From NCBI RefSeq assembly GCF_000497125.1, contig NW_027150713.1, positions 1 to 33,199 on the forward strand: 33,199 nt of DNA. The letters are read 5' to 3'. The position numbers and the translations under genes are program-made. The notes under the pieces were generated by a model that saw nothing but the letters and a program-made list of their open reading frames with translations, was not told where the DNA came from and ran no database searches. The DNA is from Spironucleus salmonicida. Its lineage: Eukaryota. Positions 23,756 to 33,199 of this stretch are shown piece after piece (position 1 is the first letter of the stretch; the number at the start of each line of letters is the position of its first letter).

Positions 23756-26700
23756 ATTATATATGAATAATATAGTGTTTGGTGATGCTAAAAAACTATT
23801 TAGAAATCTACAAAACCGATCTATTTTTAGAATTAACATTTTAGAATAAGTGTATATGATTATATAATAATATGTAGTTTGCCCAGAAAAAACGCTTCAT
23901 TTTTATGATTATAGATAATTTACTATTATAATAGGTTTGGTAACTTCCGGATTTTTAGCCAACTGTAGATGTATAGGTTTTTCCTTTCCTAAACATAACC
24001 TTTTGGTATTTTTTTCTAATAGTGATTCTGCATTGTTATAATATATTATCTGGGCCCAAAAGTGTTACACAAAAAAGTGATTTTTTTAATTTTACTATGA
24101 TAATAGATATATATTGAATAGGTGGTGTTTGTATTATTGAAAAAAAAGTGTGGGTAGGGGTGCGACGATTTTCAAAAAAAGTGAAAAATGGCCTTCCCTT
24201 CCACAGTATATCTATTATATATTAAATAGAAGGATGCATTTGGGTCCAAAAAAGATTTGCCCTTCCAAAAAAAGATTTGAATTTGGCTGTTTAGTATTTG
24301 TGGAAGGGACCCTGTTTTTTTCCTATATAAATATATATATGTTAATATAGAACCCGGGCGGATCGAAAAAAATCTAGGTATTTATACAAACGAGTTATGA
24401 AAAGCGCACTTTCTTGTTTTGACCTTTTTGCAGCCACGATCCATTAATCTTGGGAAAACTTATGGAGTGATATTAATATATATATGTAGATAATTTTTTC
24501 CCCCGAATTCAGATCATTGAAATCAATACAAATTGGTGATCTTAACAAACTTCATTTTTTAACCCATTTTTGCCCAAGCTCGACCCACCTTCAACAGAAA
24601 CCGAAAAAAAAAATTATTGACTTATAAAAGTCATTAAACAATATATATGCAACTTTTTCTACACCAAAAAAAATGCTTGCTAAAATGAAGGCCCAAAAAG
24701 TTATTTTTCAAAACTGCTCATTTTAGCTAAAAGTCACCACAATGATTATAATCACTTAAAACGCGTTTCTACGACCATCTTTATGCCAAAATCGGTCTTT
24801 AGAAGGATTCGATATCTCATGTTAAATACTATGTTTTGAAAATAAATCGATAGCTTATTTTAGAGGGTCAGAGTATAGTCGTCCGTTCCTCGGAATATTC
24901 AATAAACTTTAAGTTTTTTGATTTTCAAAGTTTAGAAAGGGAGAAGTGGACAGTGAATATTATGGGTTGAAAAATGATATATAATTTGCATACTTTTTTT
25001 CAGTCCTTTTTACGAAGTGGAAGACCGACCAGCATAAATCGTTAAATCCACTTTTATCTTGGCTATTTTTATAGTAAAAACTAATTTAAAAGTTTTTCAA
25101 TGTATATATATCTATGACGCATATAACCCTCTTACAAATTTCCTGTAGTATTTTTGAACCTTGAGAAAAAAAAAGCAAAAAGTCAAAATAAGGTTTTTTG
25201 TATACTTTTGTTAATATAAAAGAGATGAAGCGGTGTCATTTTGTGACAACTTTTTCTGGTTAATATAATTGTATTATATATAGATTATTCCACTCCAAAA
25301 GATTTTTAAAGATTGAGCTAAGAACGAACAATTATTTTTTTAACTCACTAATTCTCCCTTTTTTCATTCCTTTTTTTTTTAAAGCAGAGGGAATGGAAAT
25401 TTGTCTTATTATGATAAATAATATAAAAAGATATTAATAATCCCCCGATTTTAGTGTCATATTTTCATAATTTCAAAAATTGATTATTTTGAGAAATTAA
25501 AATTTAATTCTCGCCTCGAAATGACATGAATTTTTAAATTTCACTATGAGACTCTATATTTATTATAGACAATATAATATATTTGTAAATTTAAAAAATT
25601 TACGAATCAAAAAATGAAAGTCAAGACAGTGAAAAAATGAAAAATCCATGTGGTCAAGTTTTGGCATTTGAATATGATTTGTAAATTTCACACGTTTTTT
25701 TGGTACAATTGTGGTAGGCATAGCGAAAGCGATACCTTCTAGAGCCTCTAGCGTATTCGGTCCTGGGTTCAAACCTCGCCAAAAAAATCAAAAAGATAGT
25801 GCTTTTGGATATGGATTTCGGCCACTTTGGCCAAAATTCAAAATTTGAAGTCGAATTTTGGACCAAATTTTGGCTAGTTAGTAGATTTTGCGAATTTTTG
25901 GAGAAAGTCTGGAGCTACACGTCTTTCGATATTTTTCATGATAAATGACGTTTTCACCCACTAGACTGTGGAAAGAAGCCAAAATAATCTCTGAATTAGG
26001 AGTGGAAAACGAGTGAAAACCAGAGGTGGAATGGAAAAAGTGCAAATTTCTTCGTTTTGGATAAAAATTAAAGATGGTATGTTGCTACTAATTTTCAAAA
26101 TTTGGGAGACAGACTCATGACCCATTTTTGGATTTTGCTCCATTTTTCTCCATTTTTAGAGCGGAAAGTTTATATATATATATAATAATTGATTTGATAA
26201 ACTTTTCTTACCTATTTTTCCAAAAATTGGAGTGGTGATTTTTAGTTAAGCCATAGGTCACTGGCAAAATCTGAAATTTTGTGAAAACATCAAATTTGGA
26301 AGGGAAAACGTCATATACTACTATTTATAGGCTAAATAGTTGTATGGTGAGATACACAAATGGAAAGAAATGAATATTCGAAATACATTATTTAAATCAT
26401 ATTATTTTTTCTACGATTTTTCTTCAAAATAAGTTAATATAATAGGAATATATTAATCTTTTTTTTTAATTTGTCCGGCTTTTTTTTAATACTTGTAAAT
26501 ATATATATAATAATGTTATTATTGTTATTCACGACACTATTTTGTCGAAAATTGGTTCTTCAAAATGCTAAAACTTACGAGCAGCTATATTACGGATATA
26601 TATTAACATTATTTTTTAAATGTACTCAATTTTTATTCTATTTTTAGTATTTTATGAATATATATTGAATATAATTCTGTTACAATTCCTTTTCATTATT

Positions 26701-29700
26701 TGAGAAACTATGTATATTAACATATATATAGTATTCATGAAAATTATCGTTTTTATAGAATTCAGTTTTTTTGGATAAAAATGAATATAATAATATATCA
26801 ACATATATTTAGCATAAATTTAATTATTTTAAATTTTAAGTATAATGTCACACATTTTATGCTATTTTCAAAATCTGATAATTCATTTGATATAGATTAA
26901 GAAAGCTTTAAAATTAATTATTGTTAATTTACAAAGTTTAAATTATATAAAACCAATAAGAGATTGATAAGCTTATATTTGATTTCCTTCTAAGGCTTAT
27001 TAGCAATATTTTTTATTAATATAGGTAGATTGTCAATAGTTATATAGTTTTAATTAAATATTGACAAATATATATATACTATATTAATATTATTCCAATA
27101 GATATAAAGTTTATAAATATATAAATAGATTTATGGTTAAAGTTAAACATCCTTTTTGAGCAAAGTTGCAAAATAGGCCAAAAAAGTGTTTTGCAAACAA
27201 ACATATAATATTTTTGAGAATATTTTTTTTTCATTTCTTTCCTATTCGGAAAGGAGGAAGGATATTTATATTAATAGTAAATATTGATAAATCACTTTTT
27301 TGCAAATTCCAAAAGTTGGTTTATATTCATATAATATTTTTGTAGTTAATATTTTTATGAAATTGCGCCTAGTTATGACAAAATTATTAAACGATATAAA
27401 TATTAAGTATATAATATATTAAATATTGTCAAATTTTACCACTCCACTAAATATGTGTTATTAATAATAATCAATTTAAGTGATTATATATTTTATAAAA
27501 AATAATTATGCATAATGTATTTATATATTTAGAATGGTGGACTTTGTAATATAATTTTACTGGAACTATCTTCACTTCACATCAATATTAATTTAAATAA
27601 TATAATATAGATATAGGAATAGAAAATTTTGCCTATTATATAGGCGATTATCAGGTCAAGACCGTTGAATTTTGAAAATTGATATATATAATTGAAATTA
27701 ATAAATATAAATATAAGTAATTTCTCAAAAACTCGTAAAAAAGAAACTTACTATGGGGGAAAAAATAATACTTTATTAATATTATATCAAAATACAACTA
27801 ATGAGATTATCCAGTCATCTTAAGAAAAAGTCAAATTAATTTCATTTTTCATTCCACTTGAGGGCCCCTTTCTAAAATTAGGAATGGAAAAGGAATGGAA
27901 AATATATGCTAATGGACTGACAACAATGAAACGAAAATTTAATTTGTTTTTGAATATTCCGTAAGCATGTGGAGTGGTAAACACTACTTGCAATAAATCT
28001 AAAAATAGATTTTTAAAAAATAAAAAATAAAATAATAAATCCTATTTTTAGAAAAACTAGTAGTCTATCAATAGATAAAAAATTACATATCACTTATTTA
28101 TCATTATATATTTATATTTTTTGTTAAAATAATTTTTTTTGTAACCACAATTCTTATGAAAATATTATATATTTTTAGTCATTATATCTCTCTATTTAAT
28201 AATTTACTTTTCTTAATGTTAATTTTTAATGATATTTATATCTATATTACTATAAGATATAAACTATTTAATTTAATTATTCTAATTTTACCTTATAGTT
28301 CTTGAGAAAACTTGATAATATTTTTTCAAAAAATATTTTTATTAAAAAATCAATGAGTACCCCCCTTACGATATTTTTTAAAATATAAAAATCTATAGAT
28401 ATATTTATTAACATATATATAATATATATTTTATGAAAATTATTTTATTGGTTATAATGATTTTATATATGTTAATATATGTATATCTTATATTTAAAAA
28501 CTGTATATATGATTTCTTTGATTTAATATTATATTGAATATTATATATTTTATATCAATATAATCTTTCTAAAAATTCTATACAATTTAGAGTGGTGTAT
28601 AAAAAGTAAAATCAAGGCAATTAAATATTATCTATTTATAATAATAAATAATTTAAACCAGTAGCTGGTTTCTTGTCTCGTGTCATAAAAATAGACATAT
28701 ATTATTATATGCTTAATAATAATGTAAATTTATCATAATATTATAAATAATATTAATAAATATTAGGAATCTGTTTTTATACAGCATTTTAATATATAGA
28801 TATTATATGATTTAAATAAGTTATAAAAACACTCAAAATATATATTATATACAAAAACTAATTTTGTAGAAAAAGGAAGTAATATATATTTACAATATTA
28901 AATGTTAGTTTCAATTCCTTTTTTAAAATCGTAATAATATCATTATATATGAATAATATAGTGTTTGGTGATGCTAAAAAACTATTTAGAAATCTACAAA
29001 ACCGATCTATTTTTAGAATTAACATTTTAGAATAAGTGTATATGATTATATAATAATATGTAGTTTGCCCAGAAAAAACGCTTCATTTTTATGATTATAG
29101 ATAATTTACTATTATAATAGGTTTGGTAACTTCCGGATTTTTAGCCAACTGTAGATGTATAGGTTTTTCCTTTCCTAAACATAACCTTTTGGTATTTTTT
29201 TCTAATAGTGATTCTGCATTGTTATAATATATTATCTGGGCCCAAAAGTGTTACACAAAAAAGTGATTTTTTTAATTTTACTATGATAATAGATATATAT
29301 TGAATAGGTGGTGTTTGTATTATTGAAAAAAAAGTGTGGGTAGGGGTGCGACGATTTTCAAAAAAAGTGAAAAATGGCCTTCCCTTCCACAGTATATCTA
29401 TTATATATTAAATAGAAGGATGCATTTGGGTCCAAAAAAGATTTGCCCTTCCAAAAAAAGATTTGAATTTGGCTGTTTAGTATTTGTGGAAGGGACCCTG
29501 TTTTTTTCCTATATAAATATATATATGTTAATATAGAACCCGGGCGGATCGAAAAAAATCTAGGTATTTATACAAACGAGTTATGAAAAGCGCACTTTCT
29601 TGTTTTGACCTTTTTGCAGCCACGATCCATTAATCTTGGGAAAACTTATGGAGTGATATTAATATATATATGTAGATAATTTTTTCCCCCGAATTCAGAT

Positions 29701-32700
29701 CATTGAAATCAATACAAATTGGTGATCTTAACAAACTTCATTTTTTAACCCATTTTTGCCCAAGCTCGACCCACCTTCAACAGAAACCGAAAAAAAAAAT
29801 TATTGACTTATAAAAGTCATTAAACAATATATATGCAACTTTTTCTACACCAAAAAAAATGCTTGCTAAAATGAAGGCCCAAAAAGTTATTTTTCAAAAC
29901 TGCTCATTTTAGCTAAAAGTCACCACAATGATTATAATCACTTAAAACGCGTTTCTACGACCATCTTTATGCCAAAATCGGTCTTTAGAAGGATTCGATA
30001 TCTCATGTTAAATACTATGTTTTGAAAATAAATCGATAGCTTATTTTAGAGGGTCAGAGTATAGTCGTCCGTTCCTCGGAATATTCAATAAACTTTAAGT
30101 TTTTTGATTTTCAAAGTTTAGAAAGGGAGAAGTGGACAGTGAATATTATGGGTTGAAAAATGATATATAATTTGCATACTTTTTTTCAGTCCTTTTTACG
30201 AAGTGGAAGACCGACCAGCATAAATCGTTAAATCCACTTTTATCTTGGCTATTTTTATAGTAAAAACTAATTTAAAAGTTTTTCAATGTATATATATCTA
30301 TGACGCATATAACCCTCTTACAAATTTCCTGTAGTATTTTTGAACCTTGAGAAAAAAAAAGCAAAAAGTCAAAATAAGGTTTTTTGTATACTTTTGTTAA
30401 TATAAAAGAGATGAAGCGGTGTCATTTTGTGACAACTTTTTCTGGTTAATATAATTGTATTATATATAGATTATTCCACTCCAAAAGATTTTTAAAGATT
30501 GAGCTAAGAACGAACAATTATTTTTTTAACTCACTAATTCTCCCTTTTTTCATTCCTTTTTTTTTTAAAGCAGAGGGAATGGAAATTTGTCTTATTATGA
30601 TAAATAATATAAAAAGATATTAATAATCCCCCGATTTTAGTGTCATATTTTCATAATTTCAAAAATTGATTATTTTGAGAAATTAAAATTTAATTCTCGC
30701 CTCGAAATGACATGAATTTTTAAATTTCACTATGAGACTCTATATTTATTATAGACAATATAATATATTTGTAAATTTAAAAAATTTACGAATCAAAAAA
30801 TGAAAGTCAAGACAGTGAAAAAATGAAAAATCCATGTGGTCAAGTTTTGGCATTTGAATATGATTTGTAAATTTCACACGTTTTTTTGGTACAATTGTGG
30901 TAGGCATAGCGAAAGCGATACCTTCTAGAGCCTCTAGCGTATTCGGTCCTGGGTTCAAACCTCGCCAAAAAAATCAAAAAGATAGTGCTTTTGGATATGG
31001 ATTTCGGCCACTTTGGCCAAAATTCAAAATTTGAAGTCGAATTTTGGACCAAATTTTGGCTAGTTAGTAGATTTTGCGAATTTTTGGAGAAAGTCTGGAG
31101 CTACACGTCTTTCGATATTTTTCATGATAAATGACGTTTTCACCCACTAGACTGTGGAAAGAAGCCAAAATAATCTCTGAATTAGGAGTGGAAAACGAGT
31201 GAAAACCAGAGGTGGAATGGAAAAAGTGCAAATTTCTTCGTTTTGGATAAAAATTAAAGATGGTATGTTGCTACTAATTTTCAAAATTTGGGAGACAGAC
31301 TCATGACCCATTTTTGGATTTTGCTCCATTTTTCTCCATTTTTAGAGCGGAAAGTTTATATATATATATAATAATTGATTTGATAAACTTTTCTTACCTA
31401 TTTTTCCAAAAATTGGAGTGGTGATTTTTAGTTAAGCCATAGGTCACTGGCAAAATCTGAAATTTTGTGAAAACATCAAATTTGGAAGGGAAAACGTCAT
31501 ATACTACTATTTATAGGCTAAATAGTTGTATGGTGAGATACACAAATGGAAAGAAATGAATATTCGAAATACATTATTTAAATCATATTATTTTTTCTAC
31601 GATTTTTCTTCAAAATAAGTTAATATAATAGGAATATATTAATCTTTTTTTTTAATTTGTCCGGCTTTTTTTTAATACTTGTAAATATATATATAATAAT
31701 GTTATTATTGTTATTCACGACACTATTTTGTCGAAAATTGGTTCTTCAAAATGCTAAAACTTACGAGCAGCTATATTACGGATATATATTAACATTATTT
31801 TTTAAATGTACTCAATTTTTATTCTATTTTTAGTATTTTATGAATATATATTGAATATAATTCTGTTACAATTCCTTTTCATTATTTGAGAAACTATGTA
31901 TATTAACATATATATAGTATTCATGAAAATTATCGTTTTTATAGAATTCAGTTTTTTTGGATAAAAATGAATATAATAATATATCAACATATATTTAGCA
32001 TAAATTTAATTATTTTAAATTTTAAGTATAATGTCACACATTTTATGCTATTTTCAAAATCTGATAATTCATTTGATATAGATTAAGAAAGCTTTAAAAT
32101 TAATTATTGTTAATTTACAAAGTTTAAATTATATAAAACCAATAAGAGATTGATAAGCTTATATTTGATTTCCTTCTAAGGCTTATTAGCAATATTTTTT
32201 ATTAATATAGGTAGATTGTCAATAGTTATATAGTTTTAATTAAATATTGACAAATATATATATACTATATTAATATTATTCCAATAGATATAAAGTTTAT
32301 AAATATATAAATAGATTTATGGTTAAAGTTAAACATCCTTTTTGAGCAAAGTTGCAAAATAGGCCAAAAAAGTGTTTTGCAAACAAACATATAATATTTT
32401 TGAGAATATTTTTTTTTCATTTCTTTCCTATTCGGAAAGGAGGAAGGATATTTATATTAATAGTAAATATTGATAAATCACTTTTTTGCAAATTCCAAAA
32501 GTTGGTTTATATTCATATAATATTTTTGTAGTTAATATTTTTATGAAATTGCGCCTAGTTATGACAAAATTATTAAACGATATAAATATTAAGTATATAA
32601 TATATTAAATATTGTCAAATTTTACCACTCCACTAAATATGTGTTATTAATAATAATCAATTTAAGTGATTATATATTTTATAAAAAATAATTATGCATA

Positions 32701-33199
32701 ATGTATTTATATATTTAGAATGGTGGACTTTGTAATATAATTTTACTGGAACTATCTTCACTTCACATCAATATTAATTTAAATAATATAATATAGATAT
32801 AGGAATAGAAAATTTTGCCTATTATATAGGCGATTATCAGGTCAAGACCGTTGAATTTTGAAAATTGATATATATAATTGAAATTAATAAATATAAATAT
32901 AAGTAATTTCTCAAAAACTCGTAAAAAAGAAACTTACTATGGGGGAAAAAATAATACTTTATTAATATTATATCAAAATACAACTAATGAGATTATCCAG
33001 TCATCTTAAGAAAAAGTCAAATTAATTTCATTTTTCATTCCACTTGAGGGCCCCTTTCTAAAATTAGGAATGGAAAAGGAATGGAAAATATATGCTAATG
33101 GACTGACAACAATGAAACGAAAATTTAATTTGTTTTTGAATATTCCGTAAGCATGTGGAGTGGTAAACACTACTTGCAATAAATCTAAAAATAGATTTT
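23756..33199. repeat. Tandem duplication of a 5186-bp unit (copy 1 23756-28941; copy 2 28942 to window end, incomplete)
   Basis: ATTATATATGAATAATATAGTGTTTGGTG occurs at 23756 and 28942. All four small ORFs recur at +5186, and the window end 33191-33199 matches 28005-28013. Confidence 0.96.

Noticed and set aside
7569-24559. AAACTTCATTTTT shared at 7569, 8843 and 24547
   Set aside because: It is an AT-rich 13-mer with no extended flanking homology seen, so it may be chance.
25714-25780. Box A/Box B-like spacing (TAGCGAAAGCG...GGGTTCAAACCT), suggesting a tRNA or SINE head
   Set aside because: The acceptor stem does not pair and the anticodon arm is non-canonical. At best it is a degenerate resemblance; tRNAscan-SE would settle it.
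24150-26143. Four 60-70-aa ORFs and their +5186 copies
   Set aside because: They are short, mostly non-ATG starts, two overlap each other, and none has recognisable homology.

Overview
This is the left end of a very AT-rich eukaryotic chromosome. It opens with a (CCTA)n telomere, i.e. TAGG repeats on the minus strand (1-500), and a 20/40-bp subtelomeric minisatellite. One compact rDNA unit follows on the minus strand, transcribed toward the telomere: SSU about 1.5 kb, ITS1 about 48 nt, 5.8S, ITS2 about 38 nt, LSU about 2.9 kb. Upstream of the SSU lie a G-rich minisatellite, a roughly 1-kb structured island, a 166-bp triplication, about 8.9 near-identical copies of a 1504-bp unit, and 1.8 copies of a 5186-bp unit running off the window. 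The short divergent rRNAs, subtelomeric rDNA and TAGG telomere suggest a hexamitid diplomonad (Spironucleus/Hexamita-like). That assignment is an inference from recalled sequence signatures, not from a search. No convincing protein-coding gene is seen under the standard code. The few plus-strand frames I translated under the hexamitid code (TAA/TAG=Gln) were also unconvincing. The most notable signal is at about 6560-7520. Two diverged paralogous RNA domains of about 290-340 nt show multiple compensatory base changes, UUCG tetraloops and G-U pairs that mostly favour the minus strand. Each carries its own self-closed insertion, and the two are tied together by many 8-10-bp long-range, partly pseudoknotted complementarities. 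This is a candidate large structured ncRNA or unusual 5' ETS that I cannot assign to a known family.
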